DNA from: Candidatus Levyibacteriota bacterium
GTDB taxonomy: Bacteria; Patescibacteriota; Microgenomatia; Levybacterales; UBA12049
Direction of reading: 5' to 3'
Length of the DNA: 64,000 nt
Assembly: GCA_003152105.1 (NCBI GenBank)
Contig: PLZJ01000002.1
Location: forward strand, 108,257 to 172,256
Notes under the pieces: generated by a model
Told to the model about the DNA's origin: nothing
The model's database searches: none
What the model saw: the letters and a program-made list of their open reading frames with translations, nothing else
In this document: positions 19,526 to 29,460 of the stretch, piece by piece
How positions within the stretch are numbered: the first letter of the stretch is position 1
How the letters are laid out: every line of letters begins with the position of its first letter
Translations under genes and position numbers: made by a program

Positions 19526-21271
19526 ATGAAAAAGATTTTCCCCGTTTTCTTAGCTAGTTTTTTTATATTCTTTTTGTTTCATTATGTATCGTTTAGTTTA
19601 TCTGATCAATTGGATGTTATTAATCAACAATTGGCAACTTTACAAAATGAATTAAATCAATCAGTGAATGCAACAACTCCTCTTGTTTCACAGGTTAATG
19701 CTATGCAAAATCAAATAGCTGCAATTAAGACACAGGTTGCTGCAATAGATGCAGATATAGTGGTAAAAAAACAAGACATACAAACAAGAGAAACGCAACT
19801 AGCTAAACAAGTAAATTTACTCAACGAAGCTCTTAGAGATTATTATATTAAAAGCTATACAAGCACCCCAATCCTTTTGATATTATCATCTTCTTCAGCA
19901 GCAGACATAACACAACTTGCTGCCTATCAAAAAGCCGCCACCGATCAAGACCAGTCAATCATAACAAATACGGTAATAACGCTCCAGGATCTTGAAATAC
20001 GCAAAAAAAATCTTGAGTCAGAAGAAACTCGCCTAACTGCAACCAAACAAGATCTTGATGCACAGTCTGCTAAACTCAATGCAGTTATTACGCAAGCAAA
20101 ATCATATCAATCAACTTTGTCGGGTCAAATCGCTGCACTTACTTCGCAACAACAACAACTTATAGCGCAGAAACTTGCAAGTCTTAATATCCCACAAACT
20201 GCGTATACTACGCAGGGTGGTTGCTCTTCAGATATAAATGTGGATCCTGGATTTTCTCCTCGTTTTGCTGTTTTCACTTTTGGAACACCAAACAGAGTAG
20301 GCCTAAATCAATATGGAGCAAAAGGTAGAGCTGAAGCAGGTCAAAGTTATAACGATATCTTAAATGCATACTATGCAAACATACAAATCACGAATATGAG
20401 TACTTCATCAACCAATATCACTGTAAATGGCACAAATGATTATGGAGAAAGCTTCGGAAATCAACAAATGAGCGTAGAAGATTATCTGAAACATATTTAC
20501 GAAATGCCCAGCAGCTGGCCTTCCGAAGCATTAAAGGCACAAGCAATTGCCGCTAGATCCTATGTGATGCATGCGATAGCAAGTGGGCAAACAACAGTTC
20601 CTCCAAACCAAAGTTTTCAAGAAGTTAAAACTGAAGAAAATGCGCAACCCTGGCTAGATGCCGTTAGTGCAACAGCTGGGCAAGTAATAACCTCAGGTGG
20701 ATCTCCAATTGAAGCATGGTTCTCTTCCACGCATGGTGGCTATGAATTTACGTCTGCAGATATTGGGTGGTCTTCAAATTCATACACAAAAGAAATGTAT
20801 GATGGAACAGGGAGCGTATCGAGTTTTTCTGACTTAATGAATAACGCATACGACAAAGAGTCTCCTTGGTTTTATTGTGACTGGGGTTCTCGAAGCGAAA
20901 ATAATAATACAGCGTGGCTACGTCCAAGCGAACTCGCAGATATTATTAATGTAATTTCACTAGCAAAGGCAGATGGAAGTACTGTTTCGCATCTATCGCA
21001 ACCAGATAAGCCAAACCCTGACGGCACTGATACATGGGACGCAAATCGAGTAAGACAAGAGTTACAAAATAGAAATCTACCAGCATTTACCACAATCTCA
21101 AGTACGACAATTAATTGGGATCATGGTTCCGGACGAGTTACATCTGTATCTGTTTCTGGAGATGGAGGCAATGTTAGTTTTGATGGCTCTTCATTTAAGA
21201 CATTTTTTAACTTACGCGCACCTGCTAATATACAAATTGTAGGTCCGCTTTATAATATTGAACAAAAATAA
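19526..21271 (+). CDS. SpoIID/LytB-domain cell-wall hydrolase with N-terminal coiled coil
   Basis: Signal peptide, long coiled coil, VGLNQYGA, EMPSSWPSEALKAQAIAARSY. Confidence 0.82.
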   Translation: MKKIFPVFLASFFIFFLFHYVSFSLSDQLDVINQQLATLQNELNQSVNATTPLVSQVNAMQNQIAAIKTQVAAIDADIVVKKQDIQTRETQLAKQVNLLNEALRDYYIKSYTSTPILLILSSSSAADITQLAAYQKAATDQDQSIITNTVITLQDLEIRKKNLESEETRLTATKQDLDAQSAKLNAVITQAKSYQSTLSGQIAALTSQQQQLIAQKLASLNIPQTAYTTQGGCSSDINVDPGFSPRFAVFTFGTPNRVGLNQYGAKGRAEAGQSYNDILNAYYANIQITNMSTSSTNITVNGTNDYGESFGNQQMSVEDYLKHIYEMPSSWPSEALKAQAIAARSYVMHAIASGQTTVPPNQSFQEVKTEENAQPWLDAVSATAGQVITSGGSPIEAWFSSTHGGYEFTSADIGWSSNSYTKEMYDGTGSVSSFSDLMNNAYDKESPWFYCDWGSRSENNNTAWLRPSELADIINVISLAKADGSTVSHLSQPDKPNPDGTDTWDANRVRQELQNRNLPAFTTISSTTINWDHGSGRVTSVSVSGDGGNVSFDGSSFKTFFNLRAPANIQIVGPLYNIEQK

Positions 21272-21272
21272 T

Positions 21273-21980
21273 ATGGCTGATATATTTATTGCACCAGAAA
21301 AACAAGAAATTCCTATTCAATCAATACCTGCTAATGATACTGTTGTAGCAGAACAAGAATCGATAAATCAGGATATTCAAACGCAAAAAGCAAATGAAAC
21401 CATAAAGCAAGATAACTCCACTTCATTTTCTACACTTAAAATTTATCCGCACAACGTAAAATTTGATTCACAAGAAGCAAATGAAGAAGTTTTATTATTC
21501 TTGAGAAAACATATTATTACAAACGTTCCTTGGATTTTGATTACGTTATTTCTAATATTAGTTCCCCCAATCCTCTATTTGTTTCTCCGAGATAACCAAG
21601 GATTATTTCCACAACTATCTCAAATAAATGTATTAACACCTTTTATACTGAGCGCATTTTACTACCTTGTTGTACTGACATTTATTTTTATCAATTTTAT
21701 TACGTGGTATTACAACATTTCTCTTGTAACACAAGAGCGCGTACTCGATATAGACTATTCTGGCATTGTATACAAAAATATCTCAGCTACAAAAATGAGT
21801 CTCGTAGAAGATGTTAGCTTTAAAGAAATTGGAGCAATACGCTCAATGTTTGATTATGGAGATGTACTTATACAAACAGCTGGTACGCTCGATAATTTTG
21901 ACCTCTTAGCAGTTCCGCAGCCTGAAAAAATCGTACAATTTATTGAAGAACTAATTGGAAGGAATCGTCAAAATGCCTGA
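21273..21980 (+). CDS. membrane protein with bacterial PH-like domain
   Basis: LRKH motif, two TM helices, VTQERVLDID...DYGDVLIQTAG. Confidence 0.72.
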   Translation: MADIFIAPEKQEIPIQSIPANDTVVAEQESINQDIQTQKANETIKQDNSTSFSTLKIYPHNVKFDSQEANEEVLLFLRKHIITNVPWILITLFLILVPPILYLFLRDNQGLFPQLSQINVLTPFILSAFYYLVVLTFIFINFITWYYNISLVTQERVLDIDYSGIVYKNISATKMSLVEDVSFKEIGAIRSMFDYGDVLIQTAGTLDNFDLLAVPQPEKIVQFIEELIGRNRQNA

Positions 21981-22200
21981 TACATTTATTCAATTTTTTA
22001 ATAATCCAGAACATATCATTAAATTATTTTCTCTTTTAGTAATGGTTTTGTTCATGGTTTTTTGCCTTGTTATCGTAGGACAAATTCGGTCAATGAGAAG
22101 AATAATAGAGCTACCTACACAAAGCACCGTTCAAAATATTGGAATATTACTTTTGATTGTCAGTATTATGATTTTTGTCTTTAGTATTGTTATACTATAG
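21973..22200 (+). CDS. small two-TM membrane protein
   Basis: Two hydrophobic helices; overlaps the upstream stop. Confidence 0.65.
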   Translation: MPDTFIQFFNNPEHIIKLFSLLVMVLFMVFCLVIVGQIRSMRRIIELPTQSTVQNIGILLLIVSIMIFVFSIVIL

Positions 22201-22204
22201 ACAG

Positions 22205-24001
22205 ATGAACGACATGCAAATTACATTTGGGAAAATAGTTGCCACGCCTACTCAAACTGCATGGTCACAAGCATATAATGCAGGGAAGCTATTTGCTGTA
22301 TTATCTCTCTCTAGCGAGGAAGACACACTTCTTAATGCCCTAGGAAAGGACATTGTCAAAACACTTGAAGAAGAATACTTTACATTAGAAGAAAAGAATC
22401 TTGAAGGTATCAAATCTGCTGTAACTACAGCGGTAGACAAAATTCCTGAACATATCAATCGTAGCTTTCTAGTTGCTGCAGTAGTTCATGACATTCTCTA
22501 TTTATATTTACACGGTGAGGGCTTAATACTTATTAAGCGTGGCGCATCATTTGGTAATTTACTATCGCACAGACATACTAATACGCGCGAAGTGCTATCT
22601 GCATCTGGATTTATAGAAAATAATGATGATATCATTCTACAAACAAAAGCGTTTTCAGATATTATTACTCGTACGCTACTCGAAGATGCGCTTGAAAATC
22701 CGTTACCAAGCGAAGCAGCAGAAATTCTCGCACCAAAAATTCATGAAAAAGAAAATGGCGCAGCTTCAGCAATAATTTTATCCTTCAAAACAACAAATGA
22801 AGAGGAGGAAGGCGAAAAGGACATAGACTTTAATGAAGACGAAAAAGCAGAAGTAGAAGAAGATGAATTACCTGAAATAATACCTCTGGCATATGAACCT
22901 CCTAAGACTGAGGTAATCGAAGAAGCAACACAAACCCACATAAAGCCTCCCAGAAAAGTACGCCTACCAAAATTTTCTTTTTCGGGAAAAAAATTACCTC
23001 ATATATCTCACAAGAAAAAGCTACTCCTTAGCATTGCAGGCATACTTTTATTGGTATTACTTTTTAGCTTGTATAGCGCTCGTTCAATTCAACAACGTAC
23101 ATCAATTCATACAAAATTCCAATCTATTTATACGCAAGCAAAGAAAAAGTATGATGAAGCAAAACTACTTAATGATTTAAATAAACCATTAGCACAACAA
23201 GACTTTTCAGACGCCAAACAAATTATTACAAACAATATAAATCAGTTCCAACCCGGAACATCAGAACGTACTCAAATTAATGATTTGCTTACGAATATAA
23301 ATAATGCACTCGGGCCAAATGAAGGACAAAGTTCAACAAACTCATTGGCAAAAGCAACTGTTACTAGTGGTATTTTAGTAGCTGAAAATAATAATTCACA
23401 AGCCACTTATGCTATCCTGAATGGACAAAATGTAGACTTACTATTAAATGATGGTATTTATCAAACCGATTTAAGTGGTAATAGCAAAAAACTAATAGTA
23501 AAAAAATCTGGAAACTATGCAAATGGCGGAGGGTTAGCAACTTATTTAACAAATATTTACCTTTTGGATAAAAATGCTAATCAAATATATAAATTTACTC
23601 CTTCTGATTCAGAGTATACAAAATCGAATTATCTAACTTCTTCTGAATCACCTGCTTTTTCCAAAGCAGAATCTATGGCAATTGATAGCTCTGTTTATGT
23701 ACTTTATTCAAACGGATCAATAGATAAATATTTACGTGGACAGAAACAAAACTTTTCATTATCTGGGCTTTCAAAACCATTTAAAAATCCATCCCGTATT
23801 TATACTGATGAAAACACCAATAACCTTTATGTTTTAGACCAGCAAAACAGTCGTATAGTAGTACTTACCAAAGATGGTGCATTTATAAAGGAATATGATG
23901 CTCGCGAACTACAAAATGCGAACGATTTCGAGGTACATGAAGCTGAAAATAAGATTTTTATCCTTTCTTCTGGTACAATCTACGAACTTGACTTAAAGTA
24001 A
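22205..24001 (+). CDS. bitopic protein: PP2C-like N-terminal domain, TM, C-terminal NHL/beta-propeller-like domain
   Basis: 608-aa ORF with central TM; IYLLD..NQIYKF, MAIDSSVYVL and LYVLD..NSRIVV repeats. Confidence 0.65.
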   Translation: MNDMQITFGKIVATPTQTAWSQAYNAGKLFAVLSLSSEEDTLLNALGKDIVKTLEEEYFTLEEKNLEGIKSAVTTAVDKIPEHINRSFLVAAVVHDILYLYLHGEGLILIKRGASFGNLLSHRHTNTREVLSASGFIENNDDIILQTKAFSDIITRTLLEDALENPLPSEAAEILAPKIHEKENGAASAIILSFKTTNEEEEGEKDIDFNEDEKAEVEEDELPEIIPLAYEPPKTEVIEEATQTHIKPPRKVRLPKFSFSGKKLPHISHKKKLLLSIAGILLLVLLFSLYSARSIQQRTSIHTKFQSIYTQAKKKYDEAKLLNDLNKPLAQQDFSDAKQIITNNINQFQPGTSERTQINDLLTNINNALGPNEGQSSTNSLAKATVTSGILVAENNNSQATYAILNGQNVDLLLNDGIYQTDLSGNSKKLIVKKSGNYANGGGLATYLTNIYLLDKNANQIYKFTPSDSEYTKSNYLTSSESPAFSKAESMAIDSSVYVLYSNGSIDKYLRGQKQNFSLSGLSKPFKNPSRIYTDENTNNLYVLDQQNSRIVVLTKDGAFIKEYDARELQNANDFEVHEAENKIFILSSGTIYELDLK

Positions 24002-24445
24002 ATGAAAATTATCAACCGTAAAGCTACCTTCGACTTTGAAATTCGAGAAAAACTTGAGGCCGGAATACACTTATTAGGCTCTGAAGTTAAGGCTGTGCGC
24101 CTTGGGCATGCAGACTTATCTGGAAGCTATGTAAAAATAATCGGACTCGAGGCGTTTCTTGTAAACGCGAAGATCTTTCCTTTTCAGTATGCACGACCTG
24201 ATAATTATGATCAGATACGCACAAGAAAATTACTTTTGCACAAAAGAGAAATACTCAATCTAAAGCATAAAATGGAAGGAAGCGGTTTGACAATCGTGCC
24301 TATTGCGATGTATAATACGAAGAACCTCATTAAGCTTGAAGTAGCTTTAGGAAAGGGTAAAAAGGAATATCAGAAGAAAGAAGCGAAGAAACGTAAAGAT
24401 ATTGATCGAGAAGTAGCAGAAGAGTTTAAAAGGCATCTTCGATAA
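24002..24445 (+). CDS. smpB: SsrA-binding protein
   Basis: NRKATFDF, EAGIHLLGSEVK, RTRKLLLHKREI, GKGKKEYQK. Confidence 0.97.
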   Translation: MKIINRKATFDFEIREKLEAGIHLLGSEVKAVRLGHADLSGSYVKIIGLEAFLVNAKIFPFQYARPDNYDQIRTRKLLLHKREILNLKHKMEGSGLTIVPIAMYNTKNLIKLEVALGKGKKEYQKKEAKKRKDIDREVAEEFKRHLR

Positions 24446-24486
24446 AATCGATATTCGCCTTTACCAAATAGACATATTTAGTAAAG

Positions 24487-24849
24487 GGGGATGAATCGAT
24501 TCGACGAGAATAGTACTTTGAAAAACAGCAAGCCGACTTTGATATATAGTCGTTAAACAGGATCAAAACATAAATGCTGAAGGATTATCCTTTAGTCGTT
24601 ATAATGCTCAGCCAGCAATGGCCTTTGCATAAAGCGTATCTATAACTCCCTTTCTTTGCGGGACATATAGATATTTACAAAGCTAAGATATAGTAAAAAA
24701 TCTGGTTTCGTTTTTTACCGAATTTTGAAACCTTACTATTATTTTTCCTGTCAATTGGATCAAGATATTAGGAAGTTTAATAATTGACTACGCTTGTAGA
24801 CGTTTTTAACTGACTTTTTCGGACTCCGGTTCACTGCCGGACATCTCCA
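24487..24849 (+). ncRNA. ssrA: tmRNA; tag reading frame 24576-24632 encodes (A)AEGLSFSRYNAQPAMAFA
   Basis: Acceptor stem GGGGATG/CATCTCC-A with G3:U pair, GATTCGAC, ATAAAT before resume codon GCT; directly after smpB. Confidence 0.93.
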
Positions 24850-24930
24850 CAAACAACGTTTAGATTGCTAAATCAATCTAAACTAATACATTATCAGATA
24901 ATTAATACCTTCATATTTAATCCTGTAGTA

Positions 24931-24959
24931 TTGACATTCCCAACTTGCTTTGATATACT
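24931..24959 (+). promoter_or_regulatory. near-consensus sigma70 promoter
   Basis: TTGACA-17 nt-TATACT, with TG immediately upstream of the -10 (extended -10). Confidence 0.65.
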
Positions 24960-25217
24960 CCTATAGCTAAAAATAGTATATTTGGGCATAAGCTGCCAAT
25001 TTGTTACTGTTTATAGTAATTATTGCACGTTCACAAATTGCGAAGTTATATACTTCTATTCTTACCTTAAGCAAAGGCTACAGGTTGAGAAAATATTTTC
25101 TCTATCTATAGTCTTTGCTTGTTGCAATGAAAAACCTTTAAACGTATTTCAGTGTAGGGTGAGAAAGCAAAAGACAACTGCAGGAAGTTAGATCGATTAT
25201 ATCCAAAAGGAATAACC

Positions 25218-25328
25218 ATGATTCATTCACCTCCGAACAGTTCGCCTTCCAAGTATATGATGTTAGACATGACCTTCGAGTTCGACACGATCCCGGGCGA
25301 GGCCACGATCACCAGCACGCATCGCTGA
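25218..25328 (+). CDS. putative 36-aa small protein
   Basis: AAGGA SD, MIHSPPNSSPSKYMMLDMTFEFDTIPGEATITSTHR, followed by stable hairpins. Confidence 0.35.
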   Translation: MIHSPPNSSPSKYMMLDMTFEFDTIPGEATITSTHR

Positions 25329-25517
25329 GGTCCGGCGCCGGCTCTTTACTCTTTTAGAGTAGTGAGCCAATAGCTCAAACCATTCTTGCGGGAGGAACAC
25401 CCTCTCCTGTAAGTTTGGTATTCCATTCTCGACAATTATCTACGGAAAACGTGGATTTAAAAGATATTGATCGAAAATCAGAATCGTGTTGTTTCTCAAC
25501 ACAAGAAAGGCTTAAAG

Positions 25518-25691
25518 ATGAGTCCTATTAAAGTAGGCCTTTGCCTTATAGTAGCGTTCTTTTTCACTGTAGCAGGAGACAACGTCCTACAAACAGCCCA
25601 CGCTCACGGAGTCTGGCCAATAGCGACATTCGCTGCTCTCGTTTTCTTCATCGCAGGAATGTTCACCAACTCCGACTGGAAAAAACCCTAA
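25518..25691 (+). CDS. putative 57-aa two-TM small membrane protein
   Basis: AAGAAAGG SD; MSPIKVGLCLIVAFFF...VWPIATFAALVFFIAGMF... Confidence 0.55.
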   Translation: MSPIKVGLCLIVAFFFTVAGDNVLQTAHAHGVWPIATFAALVFFIAGMFTNSDWKKP

Positions 25692-25726
25692 CACACCAAC
25701 ATCGCAACAAACCGAACAAGCACTCA

Positions 25727-25804
25727 TGAGGGGGATCAAGTCTGTAATGACTAATTCGTCTAAACAACGAAATAACTCAACACAGACTCCCCCTCACATT
25801 TTTC
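25727..25804 (+). terminator. long hairpin, possible terminator
   Basis: TGAGGGGG..AGTCTGT pairs with ACAGACT-CCCCCTCA, followed by CATTTTT; faces the convergent gene. Confidence 0.4.
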
Positions 25805-25835
25805 CCAATTAAATAACAAGCTAAAGCTAATTTGA

Positions 25836-26264
25836 TTATTTGTTGTTAGGTTGGGAATCCTCAAAAGAATCCATACGAAGTTTTATTGCATCTTTTACTT
25901 TCCCAGGATTTGCTATATTTTTAAAAACTTCTGGTTCACTTGCATTAGCCGAGTAAATACCAATATCGCCATAACCAAAAACTAAACCAAGCATATTTCT
26001 ATACGTATTTATATTATTGATTTTTGAACATGGAATTTCATTCGTGTTACGCGTAAAAACCCCTCTCTTTACTACTAATGAATTGGCATGAAGCGTAAAT
26101 GATTCTGTCGAATAACGAAGAATTGTTAATACAATTAGCGGAATTCCGATAAATGCACCAATTATGGTTATTGTTAATAGAAAACCAAAAATTAAATGAA
26201 GTAATAACCAATTTTTTGAGTGTTTTAATATTATTTCTTCTTGCACCTGTTTATTATGCTCCAT
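25836..26264 (-). CDS. bacterial PH-domain membrane protein
   Basis: Two TM helices, then KRGVFTRNTNEI...GYGDIGI. Confidence 0.75.
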   Translation of the reverse strand: MEHNKQVQEEIILKHSKNWLLLHLIFGFLLTITIIGAFIGIPLIVLTILRYSTESFTLHANSLVVKRGVFTRNTNEIPCSKINNINTYRNMLGLVFGYGDIGIYSANASEPEVFKNIANPGKVKDAIKLRMDSFEDSQPNNK

Positions 26265-26321
26265 AACCCTTGACTTGTAAATATTTTTAGCTTGGTAAAA
26301 ATGCTATAATAGGAATCAATT

Positions 26322-26409
26322 GGAGGAGTCGCATAGCCTGGTCCATTGCGAGGGTTTGCTAAACCCTTGAGCCGTAAGGCTCGCGCAGGTTCAAATCCTG
26401 TCTCCTCCG
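26322..26409 (+). tRNA. tRNA-Ser(GCU)
   Basis: GGAGGAG...AGGGT-TT-GCT-AA-ACCCT, long variable arm, GGTTCAAATCC, CTCCTCC-G. Confidence 0.95.
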
Positions 26410-26424
26410 CAATAAAGTTCTATT

Positions 26425-26511
26425 GGAGAGGTCGCATAGTGGCCTAGTGCGGCGGTCTTGAAAACCGCTGTGGGTGCAAGCTCACCGTGGGTTCGAATCC
26501 CACCCTCTCCG
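26425..26511 (+). tRNA. tRNA-Ser(UGA)
   Basis: GGAGAGG...GCGGT-CT-TGA-AA-ACCGC, long variable arm, GGTTCGAATCC. Confidence 0.95.
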
Positions 26512-26583
26512 CACCATTATTCACTTCCTGCATAGGCTTTTTAGCTTGACTAAGTTTTCTAATTCATTTACAGTTATTAGTAT

Positions 26584-27144
26584 ATGGAGAATAATGAAAA
26601 TCCCCAACCAGAGCATGAATCAGAACGAAGCTACACTCATGAACATTCCCATGTGCCCACAGTCAAAACGTTGATAGCATGGCACGCACCCGGAAGACCT
26701 TTTGCGAAACGCTCCAAGGAGTATTTTATTACGAGTGCCTTGATTGCATTACTTATTGAAGTAATATGTTTATTATTTGGACAATATATGTTAATGCTTT
26801 TAATAGCTTCATTTTTGTTTGTTGTATTTGTTCTTGCAACTATTCCTCCTCATAATTTTCATTACAGAATAAGCTCAGAAGGAGTCACCGTGGAAGATCA
26901 TTTTTTTCTTTGGCAGGAACTTTATGATTTTTATTTTAAAGAGATTCACGGTACAGACGTCTTGCTTATACGAACCATTGCATTAATTCCTGGAGAACTA
27001 ACCTTAACCCTTGGCGAAGTTCATAAAGAACACATTAAAACGATTTTGCTGCCATACTTACCTTTTCGAGAATATGTTCAACCCACTTTTGTTGAAAAAT
27101 TTGGAAACTTTATTGCAAAAAACTTTCCTCTCGAGAGATCCTAA
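26584..27144 (+). CDS. conserved two-TM hypothetical membrane protein
   Basis: W.AP.RPF.KRSK motif, two TM helices, YRISSEGV. Confidence 0.72.
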   Translation: MENNENPQPEHESERSYTHEHSHVPTVKTLIAWHAPGRPFAKRSKEYFITSALIALLIEVICLLFGQYMLMLLIASFLFVVFVLATIPPHNFHYRISSEGVTVEDHFFLWQELYDFYFKEIHGTDVLLIRTIALIPGELTLTLGEVHKEHIKTILLPYLPFREYVQPTFVEKFGNFIAKNFPLERS

Positions 27145-27189
27145 TAGATTGATTATTCTGCAACTATAAGATACAATAAAATCGTTCTT

Positions 27190-27262
27190 GTGCCCGTAGT
27201 TCAATGGATAGAACACCTGGTTGCGGTCCAGGCGGTTGGAGGTTCGATTCCTCTCGGGCACG
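27190..27262 (+). tRNA. tRNA-Arg(GCG)
   Basis: GTGCCCG...CCTGG-TT-GCG-GT-CCAGG...GGTTCGATTCC...CGGGCAC-G. Confidence 0.92.
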
Positions 27263-27384
27263 CATATAAAATATAATCCCAAAGCAAACTCCTCTAAATT
27301 CATATAGACGATCAATACTTGCATTCAAATAGATAAATACGAAATAATAGGAACGCCTAGAAATATACAGAAAGGAGGTAAAAT

Positions 27385-27831
27385 ATGAGCAAATACTCTT
27401 CAAATCAAATAATAACTGTGTTTGAAAAATGGTATAAAAAAGCACCTAAATTAGATAATAATGTAAAAAATTTAATAATCAACTACATACCGTGGGTTGC
27501 AATAATATTTGGCTTAATTGGCGTAATTCTTTCAGTGCCAGAACTTGGAGTTATAACTATTGTATCTCCTTTTGCAGCAATTGGTGGTATAAATGGCATT
27601 TCGTGGTTTGGATTACATTTTATACTAACGCTTATTATTTTAATAGCATCAGTACTTTTACTGGCCGCTTATCCAGGGACAAAAGCAAGAAAAATAAATG
27701 GATGGAAGTTGTTTTTCTGGAGCGAGTTTGTACAGGCTTTTTATTCTTTAATTACTCTTTCGTTACTTGGACTAATTATTGCAGGATTTATATTTTATTT
27801 GTTATTTCAAGTTAAGTCTCACTACAGTTGA
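27385..27831 (+). CDS. hypothetical multi-pass membrane protein
   Basis: Strong AGGAGG SD; about 4 hydrophobic segments; FYLLFQVKSHY C-terminus. Confidence 0.78.
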   Translation: MSKYSSNQIITVFEKWYKKAPKLDNNVKNLIINYIPWVAIIFGLIGVILSVPELGVITIVSPFAAIGGINGISWFGLHFILTLIILIASVLLLAAYPGTKARKINGWKLFFWSEFVQAFYSLITLSLLGLIIAGFIFYLLFQVKSHYS

Positions 27832-27853
27832 ACAAAACTGAGCGTTTTCGATT

Positions 27854-29353
27854 ATGCTTCGGGTTAAAATAATTAATGCATTAAGTAGTATTTTTCCTTA
27901 TTCAATTTTAATTGTCTTATTTTATTTTTATTGTTTAAATTCTCTAGGTATTTTAGATTCAGATTTTGGATGGCATCTACAAACAGGTAGATATATCCTT
28001 ACTCATGGTATTCCAAAAACTGACCCTTTTTCATACACAATGCCATCCTATCAACTTATTCCCCATGAGTGGCTAACGCAAATCATAATAGCGAAATTAT
28101 TTCCGGTTTTAGGCACTATTGGACTTTCTATTATTTTTGCTTTCCTTGCGATTTTACCCATTGGTTTTCAAACGATTTTATACAAAGGGAAAACATTCAT
28201 TCCTTTACTACTTATGGAAGGCGGAGCGATGATAACTTTAATTGGACTTAGACCTAAGCAGCTTGATTGGCTATTTGCAGAAATACTATTTTTATTATTT
28301 TTATCGCAGAAACATTGGCGAAGTTTTCGATATTTCTTACCGATTTTAATGATTTTTTGGGTAAATTTACATGGAGGATTTGCACTTGGCATAGGTCTTA
28401 TATTCTTATATATCTTTTTACGCTTTGTATTCTATAAATCCATAAACCTAATTGATATTGTAGTGTTACTACTTTCAATAATTGCTACTTTTATAAATCC
28501 ATATGGAATTTATATGTGGAAATGGGTTTATATAACCATGACAGACACTAAACTCCATAGCCGTATTATTGAATGGCTCCCGTCATTTTATTTTATTAAC
28601 TTAATGCTATGGACATACACAGCAACTAGTTTATTTTTTATCTTTAAATATGCACGTCGATTTCCAAAAGATCAAATTGCCATGTATATAATTTTATTTA
28701 TTTTTGGCGTATCTTCGTATAGAAATATACCATTTTGGTTACTTTATTCCCTACCTCTAACCTATACAGCAATAAAGCTTTTTTCACTAGAAGTTGAAAA
28801 AATTAAATTTGGCAAAAAAAGGCTATTAATAATATACAGGTTATTTATTGTATTAATTTTAATAGTATTTGCACTTCAATATTATCCTTTATTCTTGCTA
28901 GGAAAAAAAACTTCTTTTTATCCTACGAGTGCAATAACGTATTTAAAAATACATCCATATTCTGGTCAATTATTTGCTCCATATGAATGGGGAGGCTATT
29001 TAATTTGGCAATACCCTGAGAAAAAAGTTTTTATTGATGGCAGAATGCCAAGCTGGAGACAACATACAAATAATCTACATGAGAGTAGGGATTCCTTTTT
29101 AGAGTATGAAAGTATCTTAAACGGAAAACTTCCATTCAGTAATGAGGCAAAAAAATACCATATTACCCGAGTTTTATTTTATAAACAGCTTGCATTACCT
29201 TCATCAACTACTATTCTTACGGACACATTCAGTCACTTACCACCTTGGTTACAATCGCATGACATAAATCTTCCATTACTTCATAAGCAAATTATTTCAT
29301 ATGGAATGCACGTTCTTTATGAAGATAATATTTCAGTTATTTATGGAAATTAG
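27854..29353 (+). CDS. polytopic membrane protein, GT-C-like glycosyltransferase
   Basis: DSDFGWHLQTG, HEWL, WVNLHGGF, INPYG, WGGYL, FIDGR motifs; about 10 TM helices. Confidence 0.65.
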   Translation: MLRVKIINALSSIFPYSILIVLFYFYCLNSLGILDSDFGWHLQTGRYILTHGIPKTDPFSYTMPSYQLIPHEWLTQIIIAKLFPVLGTIGLSIIFAFLAILPIGFQTILYKGKTFIPLLLMEGGAMITLIGLRPKQLDWLFAEILFLLFLSQKHWRSFRYFLPILMIFWVNLHGGFALGIGLIFLYIFLRFVFYKSINLIDIVVLLLSIIATFINPYGIYMWKWVYITMTDTKLHSRIIEWLPSFYFINLMLWTYTATSLFFIFKYARRFPKDQIAMYIILFIFGVSSYRNIPFWLLYSLPLTYTAIKLFSLEVEKIKFGKKRLLIIYRLFIVLILIVFALQYYPLFLLGKKTSFYPTSAITYLKIHPYSGQLFAPYEWGGYLIWQYPEKKVFIDGRMPSWRQHTNNLHESRDSFLEYESILNGKLPFSNEAKKYHITRVLFYKQLALPSSTTILTDTFSHLPPWLQSHDINLPLLHKQIISYGMHVLYEDNISVIYGN

Positions 29354-29373
29354 GTGCTATAATTACCTAGCTT

Positions 29374-29460
29374 GGAGGGGTCGCATAGTGGACTAGTGCA
29401 GCGGTTTCGAAAACCGCCATAAGGGAAACCTTATCGTGGGTTCAAATCCCACCCCCTCCG
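29374..29460 (+). tRNA. tRNA-Ser(CGA), integration target
   Basis: GGAGGGG...GCGGT-TT-CGA-AA-ACCGC, variable arm, GGTTCAAATCC, CCCCTCC-G. Confidence 0.95.

Noticed and set aside
24850-26320. Island integrated at the tmRNA 3' end
   Set aside because: No integrase and no duplicated tmRNA 3' fragment visible.
26474-27445. ORFs 26474-26674, 27058-27324 and 27164-27445
   Set aside because: They overlap tRNA genes or real CDSs; spurious translations.
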